Assembly (NCBI RefSeq): GCF_009914755.1
Contig: NC_060938.1
Length of the DNA stretch: 64,000 nucleotides
Origin: the human T2T-CHM13v2.0 reference genome, Homo sapiens
Direction: 5' to 3' (one strand)
Part shown: piece by piece, positions 14,110-26,690 of the stretch
How the letters are laid out: each line of letters starts with the position of its first letter
Position numbering within the stretch: position 1 is the stretch's first letter
Translations under genes and position numbers: made by a program
Notes under the pieces: generated by a model
The model's database searches: none
Told to the model about the DNA's origin: nothing
Seen by the model: the letters and a program-made list of their open reading frames with translations, nothing else

Positions 14110-14620
14110 CACTAAGTGTCAGACCTGTGTAAAGCACTCTAGATAATCCTTTATCTCACTGAATCCTAAGAGCAACTCTGTGAGAAAAATGTTATTAGCA
14201 TCCCCATATTACTAAGGAGTTAACTGACATCTAGAGAGGTTAGGTATCTTTGTCCAGGTTCCTGGAGCTAGAATTCCAACTGAGGCCACCTGGCTCAAGA
14301 ACAGAGATAGATAATGGCCTCCTGGAAAACAGCTTTGGCATTGACCCCAACAGCCAAAGTTCTCCAAAGCATTTGCTTACATTCAATATCTCATCCTTCA
14401 GCTATTGGTGAGTGAACATAGCTCTGCTGTATTTCTGTTTTACCTTTTCGATTTTTTTTTAACATTGTCACATTGGTATGGTCAAGTGGAAGAACGTCTC
14501 CTCCCACATGCTCCCGATTAGCTCTGAAGTTTTGGACAAGTCAGTCAAGCACTCTAAATTCTAAACATTTTCATCCATAAAATGGGAACAAATAACACCT
14601 ACCTCACAGGATTAATGGGG
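14110..14620. mobile_element. Two MIR fragments (about 14110-14300 minus, about 14480-14620 plus)
   Basis: tctcactgaatcctaagagcaactctgtgag and catccataaaatgggaacaaataacacctacctcacagg. Confidence 0.65.
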
Positions 14621-14842
14621 AACTGGAAGTATTTGTGTATTTGAAGGTCCGTAATCCCAATCCTCTAGGTCTTCAGTAATCTAGGCCAGATTTGTGTCAG
14701 CACATCCTTGGTTTAAACTCTCTGATGTCAACTAAAGAAAGGATCTGATGCCTGATTTTGGAAGAATGTGTGCACCTTGCCCTCTTAAAACTCACAATCA
14801 TGGCCAGTGTGATGCTGATCAACAGGGTCATATTTCTCTCTA

Positions 14843-15157
<315 letters not shown>

Positions 15158-15289
15158 GGAATTATATTTCTTGAAAACTTCAGAGAATAGTAATTGCCAG
15201 AACTCTCCTCTGTGCCTGGTGTCTAGAAATATTTTGGGAGCGGTATGATTTCTGAGGCAGAATAATGCTGAAGAGAGGTGGCATCCAAA

Positions 15290-16900
15290 ATAGCACATTT
15301 TTTTTTTTTTAAGTCTGAACAAGGGCATTTGCAGTATGAAAGTGGAATGTTAATTGAAATCGGACTCTGCCAACAGGAGCTTTGGAAGGAGCCCAATCAG
15401 GATTAGACTAATTAAGACATCTTTAAAATTGAACAGGTTGGACTGTCTTAAGAATTGAACCAAATGAAAACTATATGCTCAGGAATGTGACTCTGGAGGT
15501 TTGAAAAAGCAAAACAAACAAACATGAAAATAATTATGGTAAAGTCAAAGGAAGGAAGAAAAGATACTAGAGCCGTGGACTTGAGCAAGTCATCGTAAAA
15601 CACCTCGCTGGAAACAAAATATTCTTACATGTGGCTGACACTGGCAGATTGCTTTAGTGTTGGGAAGACAGTCTTTCAAACCGAATTGGAAATAAGCCCG
15701 CTGGTGTTATTTTACAGGCCACGTCGGGTGTTTTATAGGGAACATCTTCCCCATACTTGAACTACCATTCCAAAGGCCAAAATATTTAAACAGAGGTCAT
15801 TTAACATTTTAACATAAAGTGTCATGTACTTGAAAAAAATGGTTTTTAAATGTTTTAACATGTTTTCTCTCTAGGCTTCTCTTCCTTTGTTTCCTCCTGA
15901 GCCAATCAAAAAGTCTTTATTTTAATATGTTGCTAAATAAAGTAGTAGTTTTGCAAAAAGCACAGAAAAGACGGCTGATTTTTTTAGGTTGTGTGAAGTA
16001 CTGAACTGACAGCCTATATTTAGTATAATGATTTATTTGCTCTTCCGGAAAGCTAACAATTTACCGTAAAATTTTGGATACAAAAGGTGAGGTTATACCA
16101 ACTACACAATATAATCAATAGTGTTACAGTACATCAGAAGATTCCAGTCCTACCGAAAAATATTTTGACAAGAGTTAAAACAGTTAAAACTTAATCGTAT
16201 TTGCTTATTATCAGAAACAGTAGTATGTGTGCTGACTGCATCACAATAAATATTTCTGTGATTAGGAAACTTGTTATAGTCCAACAGCAAGTTTGCTCAA
16301 GCCTTAAATTATTTTTCATAATCTGTAAATAATGTTGACATTACTTTGGCATTACAATAAATATTAAGGCTATTTGGAAGGGAATTTGCTAGTTTAGATG
16401 CCTGCCTAACAAAACAAACTTATTTATATTATTGGCACATAAGACAGGGAAACATCACAGGCTTCTGCATTTGGCAAACCAGGCTGACATATTTCACATT
16501 ATCATTACATTTGTTCTGGGGATCAAAAGTCATATAATTAATATACTAATAAACTATTCTGTAGGGCTGTTTTTCAGAAGAATATTACCACATGCTTTTT
16601 AAATAACATAATAACTGAAGGCTTATTCACAATAAATACCAATTGATAATAAAAGTCAACTGAACGGTTTAACCATTTATATTAACAGCAAGTAATGCAA
16701 ACTTAGCACATGGGGAGGAATAAACAAGGGAGAAAATTGAAGTTTTCAGAGTAATTTTTACAGGCAAATGGATTGTGATTTGTGGGGTAGATAGGGAAAA
16801 TGAAATCTAGATGCCAGTGGTTACAGGCAGGGATTTTTCTACTAGCTGCAGTGTTATTTTTCTGTACTAAATAAGAGGAAGGAAAGAGGTTATAGAGAAG
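15290..16900. promoter_or_regulatory. Candidate conserved non-coding element / enhancer block
   Basis: About 1.6 kb AT-rich with no recognisable repeat. Contains a ccaatcaggattagactaattaag homeodomain cluster and scattered retained CpGs. Inference only. Confidence 0.45.
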
Positions 16901-17532
16901 GGAGAAAAAAATATTTCTTTACAAATGATTTAGTTTTTAATATGAAAAGAAACTGTCCCTGTTTCCTGTTGCACCACCTTAAACTGATCACATTATCCAT
17001 CCTTCTTTTGGCAAAAAGGGTTAAATCCTGGCTCTGCTACTTGGGTTAGCTTTCAACTTCTGGACCTCCATATTCTTTCTGTAAAACATGGGCATCATTA
17101 TGGTTGAGACAACAGCATCACAAGTTGTTCAGAAAACTCCTGCACAGGTTTGAAACATCAGCTCCCAAGCCTAGTGACTTAGGGGACACTACTGATCTTT
17201 CAGTGAAATTTCCCTGAGCGTTTACTGTGTATGAGGCCCTTTGCTTGGTGCTCATACTCCTGTTTGGTGCTTCACAGTTCGTAAATTGCTTTCTCATACA
17301 CTGTTTAATTGTACCAAAACATATCTCGATGCTTCGCTGTCTCTTGCATGCCAGATCCAATTCATTAGCACATTCTTTTTGTTCTACCTTCAAGATCTAT
17401 CCTGTCTTATTTCATTTCCCACCACTGCTTCCTGCATTCTCCCCCACTAGTCCAAACTGCCACCATTTCTGGTCTTGCACCTTCCTGTTTTTCCCTCACT
17501 CTCTCTGTCCAGCTGTTCAGACGTCCTCCCTG

Positions 17533-17698
17533 CTTTTCCTTTTCTTTTTTTTCTTTCTCTTTCTTCCTTCCTTCCTTCCTTCCTTCCTTCCTTCCTTCCT
17601 TCCTTCCTTCCTTCCTTTCCTTCCTTCCTTTCCTTCCTTCCTTTCCTTCCTTCCTTCCTTCCTTCCTTCCTTCCTTCCTTCCTTCCTTCCTTCCTTCC

Positions 17699-17735
<37 letters not shown>

Positions 17736-17740
17736 CTTTT
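17533..17740. repeat. 208-bp pure pyrimidine tract, (TTCC)n then (TC)n
   Basis: No purine between 17533 and 17740. Confidence 0.95.
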
Positions 17741-18022
<282 letters not shown>

Positions 18023-20019
18023 CCTTCCTCCCTGCTTTTCAAAGGCACAGGCATGCGCCTTCATCCCCAAGCCTTTGCTCTTAGCCTTGGGAGAGTCTCT
18101 GCAGAAAACCCCACTGCTCATCTCTGGCTTAATTTGAGCCTTTGCTCAGCATCATTTTTGCAGAGAGGTCTTCCCTGATGCCCTAAGGTGGCACTCACCC
18201 CTTTTTCTCTCCCTGGCTGTGGTTTAATTCGTAGCGCGTGTCATTCCTTGGGACACACTTCTATGTGGTCTATGTGTCCATCTGTGTGCTCATCGTCACT
18301 CTTCTCCTCGACAGTGTCAGCTCTGTGAGCATAGGGCCATTGCTTGTTCAGCCCACTGCTGTCCTATGCGGTGCACCTAGAGAAATCTCTGGTACACAGC
18401 AGGTGCTCAATAAATGTTATTTGAGTACAACATAAGGCGGACTAGGAAGATATTATCCCTGCTTTACATATAATGAGTCTGAGGTCCAGAGAAGCTGGTC
18501 GCTTACTCAGGCCCACAGTGAGGAGGTGACAGAGCATGGCCTCTGTCTCCAACCCAAGCACTACTGGCCAGCCTCTGCCTTCTGGTGCCTTCTCGTGAGG
18601 CCTCACTCTTATTTCCAGTTCCCAGGAGCAGCACTTGATGGGCACCTGCCCATCAGCAAATCTCATGGCGCAAACACCAGAACTCCATCTGTCCTCTCTG
18701 TGGCTGCCATTCATATCTCTCTCTCTGTTTTTTTGATATGGGTCAGCCCAAAGTCCTATGGCAAATTAGCTCACTTCCCATGTCTTGATCTTCACTGTGA
18801 GGAGTGGCCTGAGGTCAGATCTAATGACGTGGGCCTTGGTGACTATGGATGAAGGTGTCTGGACATGAGTGGCTGGCGAGGCCAGGCATGGAGGAGCTCC
18901 GCGATGGGCAGCTTATGCCCTCCATATGCCTGCTGCCCACCATACCCCATGTCCTAATAGAGACTTGCAGACACCTGACTCTGGGTTCCCCAGCAGGGCA
19001 AGATTAGGCTCAGAATTGGACTTGAGCCCAGGGAAAAAGGGGGAGTGAGGAAGGGAGTGTCAGAGTCCAGAAATAAAGAGCCGACATTAGGAGCGAGTGG
19101 TGGGAGGTGAACAAGGAGTTAGGAGAACGAAAATGACAAGGAACAGAAAAGGGCCCTGCGTTAGGGCGCGCCTAAGTGGGAAGAGTCCATAGATTCTTGT
19201 CATCCTGGAGAAAACAAGCTGTTGGGGAGATGTGGGGAGTCTAGCTCAGCGCTCTGCCTTTGACCACAAGATGACTCTTCAGTGCTTATTTTTAAAATCA
19301 TATCTTTCTTCTTCTTATTGGAAACTGGTAAAGTTTATTAGAGAATACTAGCAAAAAATACAGGAGAGTATAAGGAAAAAAATTAAAACTATCTGTAAAC
19401 CAAGATAATTAAACGTTCTGATTGTGTTCCTTCTAGGTGTTTTCTTTTTTTTCTGCTGTGTTCATCTATAATATAATTATTACAAATGTGAAATTGGCTT
19501 TTTGTCCTAGTCTTTGCATTTAGTCTTTATGAAGTCGTGAGTAGTTCCCATGCTCCATACATAGTCTTTAAAATATAATTTTAAGACAGGGTCATAGCCC
19601 TGGGTCGGGTATATAATAATTTAAGAAGCCATCACTCAATATTCAAATGGCTCCCCACTTCCATGATTATAATAAAGTGGAGGTTTTTGTTTGATCTATG
19701 AATCCTAGACTACATCTCTGATTATCTGGGGGACGTAGGTTCCTAAAAGTGGAGCTCCTTGGTCAAAAGGTATAAATATTTCAAATCTCTTGATACTGTT
19801 ATCAAAGGGCATTAGACCTGTTTCTCTCCCCACCTTTCTGACAAGGCTATTTTGAGAATTGAACAGAATCCTACATATGTGAGCTAAACACTTCATAACT
19901 TGCACACCACCACAACAGGCAACCTTTAGAACAAGCTGCTTTATCACTATTTCCATGAACCTTGAATAAGACCCTCTAGCGAAGTAAAATCTTAAAAACT
20001 TTTTCTCCCCCTTTCTTAA

Positions 20020-21060
20020 GAAGATCTATTTTATGCTGGAAACTGTGGCACAAGACACAATTTAAAAAGGATTTTCATCTGCTTTGGGAAATAAAATCTA
20101 AACACGTATTTTAGAAACTGCTGTAAATTTTGCTAAGCTACAATGTTTTCCTTGGAAGTCTAGGACATATGGTTAGTCTTCCAGTGTTACTAGTAACAAA
20201 GTCCTGAAAATATTAACTATTTCATTCTTCCGAGGATAGTGTAAAATTATCCTTTATTTTCTTTTTTGCCTCCCACACTTTGGTTTTAACAAAAAACGAG
20301 ACATTCCTATTATAAATAATTACAGCCCTTCTGTTACAGTCTTTGAGCGCCATAAAATTAGCTATTGTGCGAAATAATTAGCACATGCCATTCAGAATAT
20401 CCTAAAAATTATACGCAACATCAAGCAGGAACTATACACTGACACTTGGCCACGTTCTCTAGAAAACTGCTCAATGAAAATTAGGTATTGGCAACAGGTG
20501 CCTTGAAAACAATTTATTAATCGTTAAAAAATGAAGCATTTGAACGACGGCATGTAAAAATGATTTAAAGTTTGGAATTGTCTGAACTCTGACTTCTTAA
20601 ACACAGTCTTGCCTGCTAGCACACTAATTGTATCCTTGAAGATAATTCTAACACTGACTTTCCCAGCAGCTGATCTAAAGCCCATGCAAAACCAGCAGAG
20701 TTTCCTCCAGGCTCAAGGAGATGGACGAATGAGGACCAGGACCCCTGAAAGGCTGTTAATCCCTGTGCAGAGAAGCTGCCTCCAGGAAAGAGTCAATATC
20801 ATGCTTTGCCCCTCCAATCACTGAGAATTATATTTCCATTAATTTTTAAATGCCTACCCAAATGTGGCTGTTTTGAAAGGTTTAGTGACTTTGCAGTTGA
20901 ATAAGGACCTTAATGGTTTTATAAATTTGAGATGGAGAGTCAAACTTGTATTATTTCATAAAGTAATGATAATTTCCTGGTCTTTTAACGAGCGGGTGGG
21001 GGGGACATGGCTTATTGAGACCATGTGTTTTGGAAGTTTCACACTGAATATCACATCATA
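20020..21060. promoter_or_regulatory. Candidate conserved non-coding element / enhancer block
   Basis: No recognisable repeat, AT-rich yet CpG-retaining (gagcgccataaaattagctattgtgcgaaataattagc). HOX/CDX-type CCATAAAA and TAATTA sites. Inference only. Confidence 0.5.
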
Positions 21061-21353
21061 ATTTTGACTAGAATAGTTTAGCTCATATTAGGTAAGAGTC
21101 TGACTTCTAGAATGTACTTTTAAAGGCAAATTAGTTTTATTTTAGTATACATGTAGAATTGGATACTAAACTGACATTCAGGCTTAGTAGAGGTTTGATA
21201 AGAATTAGACAGTCATACGTTTAGAATTGACATAAGAGAACAGAAGATGAAGAATAAAAGAATAATATTATCTCTTCCTCCCAGAAAGAGCTGATATGCT
21301 ATATTAGTATCAGAGAAAATAGACTTAGTGAAGTTAGAAGACAGTAACTTCAG

Positions 21354-21530
21354 GTCTGGGCATGGGGGTGCTCACCTGTAGTCCAAGCTACTTGAGAGGC
21401 TGAGGCAGAAGGATTACCTGCGCCCAGGCATTCAAGCCTATAGTGTGTTATTGTCACATCTGAGAAATCTGTAAATAGCCAGTGTATTCCATCATTCTGG
21501 GCAACATAGAGAGGCCCCATATCTTAAAAA
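21354..21530 (+). mobile_element. FAM (fossil Alu monomer) followed by (GA)n to about 21563
   Basis: Monomer carrying the FAM-type ctgtaaatagccagtgtattcca segment and a ctgggcaacatagagaggcccc end. Confidence 0.75.
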
Positions 21531-21884
21531 GAGAGAGAGAGAGAGAGACAGAGAGGGAGAGAGATTACTTCATTCAAGGAAAAGCTTCTTCAAGGATGAT
21601 GCATGATTTTAGATATGCTATTTTTAGATATAAAATATAGCATGTATCTAATGGCAAAGGCTTAAAATATAAAGAAAAACTTGATAGTACTACAGGAAGA
21701 AATTGACAAATTCACAGATGCTCCTCTCAATCATTGACTGAAGAAGAAAACAGAAGATGTACGCAATTGATAAGTAAGATCTAATGGACCTGTTACAGCT
21801 TGGTACCACTCTGTACCCAAACTGAAGAATGCACTATTATTCTGAAGCATGAATGAGCAGTTTTGAAAATCAATCATGTGCACA

Positions 21885-22239
21885 CCCCTGATTCTCGAAT
21901 TTGGCTGCATGTTGGAATCACCTGGAACATTTTTAAAGTGTGTCATGTCAGCTGGGCGCGGTGGCTCACGCCTGTAATCCCAGCACTTTGGGAGGCTGAG
22001 GTGGGCGGATCAAGAGGTCAGGAGATCAAGACCATCCTGGCTAACGCGGTGAAACCCCGTCTCTACTAAAAATATAAAAAAAAGTGAGCCGGGGCATGGT
22101 GGCGGGCGCCTGTAGTCCCAGCTACTCGTGAGGCTGAGGCAGGAGAATGGCATGAACCCAGGAGCCGGAGTTTGCAGTGAGCTGAGATCGCGCCACTGCG
22201 CTTGCGCTTCAGCCTGGGCGACAGAGCGAGATTCCGTCT

Positions 22240-22279
<40 letters not shown>

Positions 22280-22388
22280 GTGGGTGTGTAATGTCAGGTG
22301 TTCTGATTTAATTGGAAGCAGGTATGGCCTGGGCACCAGGAAAACTACCACGTGGTTCTAATGTACAGCTCAGGTTGTGAGTCACGGT
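21885..22388. mobile_element. MER5B-like hAT-Charlie MITE split by an AluY
   Basis: ttggctgcatgttggaatcacctgg on the left, ttctgatttaattgg...ttctaatgtacagctcaggttg on the right. Confidence 0.7.
21951..22277 (+). mobile_element. AluY with A37 tail
   Basis: gagatcaagaccatcctggctaac and gagaatggcatgaaccc are Y-type features. TSD gtgtgt(c/a)atgtca. Confidence 0.92.
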
Positions 22389-24092
22389 GCTGCCCGAAAG
22401 CAGCCTTGACAAATTTCAAAGGGCTGCATCCTCCAGGTCCCCATCGCTGATCACGTTGCAATTCATTTAGAAATCAGTAACAAAAATTTAACTAGAAAAA
22501 GGAATATATTTGGAATGTAAAAATTACACCTCTAAACGATTGATGGGACAGAAAATAAACAAAAAGAAAATGAAAAGCCACTTAGAACTGTTTGATGAAA
22601 AATATGTGTATCATGGTATGTAGAATGAAACTGAAGAAGTAAATATAAATCTAGTTAGAGTAGAAAAGAAAAAGACAACATTAATGAGAAATTAATTAAG
22701 AAAATAGAGAAAGAATAACAGATAAAACCCAAGGAAACTAGCAGGAAGAAAACAAGTAAGAGAATAAATTAATGAAATAGGAAAGAAACATACAATAAGA
22801 GAGAAGCAATGAAGCCAATGGTCGATTCTCTGAGAACATTAATAAAATAGACAAAGCTCCTTCAAAGTTAATTAAGAAAAATAGAGAATGAAGACACAAA
22901 TAAATGATTTTAGAAATAAAAAGATGATGCAGAGATCAAATTGATGAGGATATCATGAATAAAACATGCATGCCGATAAATTTTGAAGTCTTCAATTCAA
23001 TTAATAAAATACAAGGAAAAATGTAACTTATCATAACTGACTTAAGATGAAAAGGTTCTAAAACCACTAAGAAAATTGAATCTGTGGTTAAAAATCTTTT
23101 CACAAAGAAAGCAGGAGAACTAGATTATTTGAAGAGGAAGTTCTACCAAATATTTAAGAAGTCATTAATTCCCTCTTGCACAAACTTATGTGAAAAATGA
23201 AAATGAAGGAACAGCCCCCAACTAATTTTATAAAACTGTTCTCACCTTGATACCAAACGGTATAAGGAAGAAGAACAACAAAAAGAAAAACTACAGTTGA
23301 ATCTCAATCTCATGTAGATAGATACAAAAATGCTGAAAAAAATATTAGCAAAATATACCCAAATAACCTATAAAACATTTAATACATCATGGCAGGTTGA
23401 GTTTATGCCAGCAAAGTAGGATTGGTATTCCATGGGAAAAATCTATCCATGAAATTTATTTTATTCATCAAATCAAATAAAAAGGCTTGTGATAACCTAA
23501 ATAGATGCAGTAATATGTTGAATAAAATTACACATCTATTCATAAAATATAAAAAGTCTTATAACCAAATTTGAATCCAAGGAAACTTATTTAACATGGT
23601 AAAGGATGTCTAAAAAATCCTGCTGCAAATATCAAAATTAATGGTTAAATATTAAGTCTGGAACAAAGAGGTGAGGATGACCATAGTGGCAACATTACAC
23701 TACAAGTGTTATTCATAATAAAGGAAAAGAAATGAAAGTATAAAAATTGTCACTGAGGAAATAACATTGTTATTACTTGAAGATGACATGATAGTCTGCA
23801 TAGACAACCCCAAAGAATCCACAAATAAATTATGAGAATTAATTATAAGTTAATAAGAATTAATTATAAGTTTGATTCTTTAAGAATCAAACCCAGGGTA
23901 CAAAAGTCAGTTGCATTTCCTTAAACTAGCAAAAGCTCTTAGGAAATGTAAGAAAAAAATCTATTTATAGAAAACAATTTATAAAATTTCATGAAATCAG
24001 TTTGATAAAATATAGATGAGCTTTTTAATGGAGGAAATTATAAAGTTTTATTGAAATCAAAATTAACCTAAGTGCAGATATATTCTTGGAGA

Positions 24093-24456
24093 GTGTTTAG
24101 TCCATTTGTGCTGCTATGAGATCACATCATAAACTGGGTAATTTATAAATAACAGAAGTTTATTGCTCGCGATTCAGGAGGCTAGGAAGTGCTAATCCAA
24201 ACTGTCTGAAGATCTGCTGTCTGGTAAAGGGTTTGCTTCCTGGTTCATAAAATGTGCATTCTTGCTGTGTCTTCACATGGTGGAAGGGCAAAGGGTCTCT
24301 CTGGGACTTCTTTTATAAGAACACTAATCCCACTGTGAGGGGTCTACCTTCATGACCCAATTACCTCTCAAAGACCTCGCCTCATAATTCTAGCACCTGG
24401 GGGCTAGGATTTTAACATATGAATTCGGGAGAGACACAAACATTCAGACCATAGCA
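24093..24456 (-). mobile_element. MaLR LTR (MSTD/MLT1A-like) inside L1
   Basis: tgtttagtccatttgtgctgctat...gacacaaacattcagaccatagca. Confidence 0.82.
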
Positions 24457-25202
24457 GTGAGGAAGATGAAATATTATAAAGATGTAACTTTCCAGGCTAA
24501 TGTATAGATTCAATGAGTTCCCGATCTAAATACCAAGAGGATTTCTTTTTTAAGATAACAACAAATCGATTCTAAAAAAGTATGTGGAAATGGAAAGGAC
24601 CAAACATGCTGCTGACGAAGAAAACAAAATGGGGAAATTTGATCTTACAGACAGAAACACTAAGTTATAAAAAACAAGGTGTTGATGCGGGGATGGACAA
24701 ATAGGCCAGTGGAACAGAATAGAGCCCCGACGTTTACTCACGCATATATGGAAACCAGCTTTACGATAGGGCAGGCCCTGAGAAATAATGCAAAAAATCT
24801 TAAATTTAGTAATTTGGGACAAACGGGCATCTATCTGGAAAAATATAACTTTCTACCTCACCCTGCACAGCAAATTCAATTCAAAGAGGATTTAAGACAT
24901 ACGTGGCAAAACAATAAAATGCACAGAAGGAGAATATCTTCATGAACTTTGGGGAGGTTTTCTGAAACAAGACATAAAACATAAGGCAAAAGATGAAAAA
25001 CATGAGACAAACTTAGAGGATAACATTGATATACTTGGACATATTAAAATTACAAATATCTCTCGTGGAGCAACAGGGGCTTCAGTCCTGCTGGTACACT
25101 GGTATGAGAAATTTGGGAAACAGCTTGGTATTCCTAGCAAAGTTGAATATTTGCATACCTCACAGCCCAGCAATTCCATTTCAACTTATTATGCTCTCAA
25201 CC

Positions 25203-25395
25203 TGCTCTGTCCATGGCACTTTCTGTGATGAAGGAAAATCTCTTTCTGTGCGGTCCAATACGGTAGCCACCAATACGCTACGCATATGGCTGCTGAGCAC
25301 TTGAAATGTGGTGAGTGTTACTGAGGGACTGAATTTTAAATTTCATTCAATTTTAATTAATTCAAATTTAAATAACCCCTACAGTGAATTGTGTA
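25203..25395. mobile_element. MER3 (hAT-Charlie)
   Basis: gtccaatacggtagccacc...gagcacttgaaatgtgg...actgagggactgaattttaaattt. Confidence 0.8.
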
Positions 25396-26079
25396 GCTGC
25401 AAAGCAATGCCTCCTGACATATTTAAAATCATTTCACCGTAGACAATGGTAATATTTAGGAAGAGAGGCTCTCATGCGTATTAGGAGGTATGAGTAAGAT
25501 TGTCCATCATTATACAATAGATAAGTAATTGAGGTATATTCGTACAATGGAATACTGCATAGCAGTATGGGGAAATGAACCCCAGCACTCCAGTTCAACA
25601 TGAGTGAACCTCAGAAACTCAATTAGAAGAAGGAACTGGTTTCATTTAAGTACAGCTTTTCAAAAGGCAAAATAAACAGTCTGCTGTTTGGGGATATAAG
25701 TCAAGCGGGCAAAACTATTAGAAAAAAAAAACAGAATGACACACAAAATTTAGAGTAGTGTATACCTCTTTGGGAAAAACAGAGGATAAGTTGTTGGGTT
25801 GAGATACTGAAGGTGTCTGTTATATTTTTGCTTGGAAAGTGGTACCTAGTTATTTTATTAGCATTTAATTAAACTGTATGTATACATTAGACAGTCTTAG
25901 GTACGTAGATTTCTTAACTGAAAAAGAATAGAAAGAATCATAGTTGAAAAATGTTAATAAAGCTTGGAAGGTGCCTGACACGCCTGCTTCTTAAGTTTAA
26001 GGCTCTTCTGCTCTTATTTCATAATATAATTAAATAATTACATTAATATGACCTAAAGGCAAGTATAAGTCCAGTTGAA

Positions 26080-26690
26080 ATCATTTGCTCAATAAATTAT
26101 TCACTGAGCACCTAGTCTGACCTGCACCGTTCCCGGTGGTTGGACTGTTTGGTAGATAAAGTCCTGGTTCTTAAGGGGTGTATGTTCTCACAGTTAAGGA
26201 GAACATGTCATAAATAAAGAGCTGGATATAATGTTAGATGTGAGAAGTGCTGGTAAGGAGGAGAGGCATCGGGGATGCATGGTTTTAGGTAGGGTCGGTG
26301 GAGGTGGGCTTCTCTGGAAAACTGAGAGTGGAGGAGACCTCTAAGTAAAATGAAAGAGGGCAGCCACGCAGATTATTAGGTGCAGAGGGGGCCCTGAACT
26401 CAAGGACTCGAGGCAGAAATAAGTGCAGAGTGTTGGAGGAACACAGGGGGTCATTGGAGGCAGGGAAGGGTCTCTGGAGACCTTGGCAAGGTCTTGGCAA
26501 CAGGAAACCCTTGGAAGGTTTTGAACAGAGGGAAGCATGACCTGATGTGTATTTTCAACATCTCCCTAGCTGCTGGGTGAAGAGTGGACATTCAGAACGA
26601 GGCTACAAGAGGGTAGAGCAGTGGGGAGCTACTCCATGAAGAAGAGAGGTGACGTGGGAATGGTCTCAGAGTGGAAATACACGGAGTCAA
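26080..26690 (-). mobile_element. L2 fragment
   Basis: tcatttgctcaataaattattcactgagcacct...ttggaaggttttgaacagagggaagcatgacctgatg. Confidence 0.7.

Larger units (their letters stand above)
21580..25900 (+). mobile_element. Old, decayed L1M (ORF2 to 3'UTR) with nested insertions
   Basis: A-rich strand bias. About 23280-23560 resembles decayed ORF2 RT sequence (ENYRPISL..IDAKILNKILA..HHDQVGFIP). No intact frame. Confidence 0.8.

Noticed and set aside
21580-25900. Functional L1 reverse transcriptase
   Set aside because: Heavily decayed, full of stop codons and interrupted by at least four younger elements.
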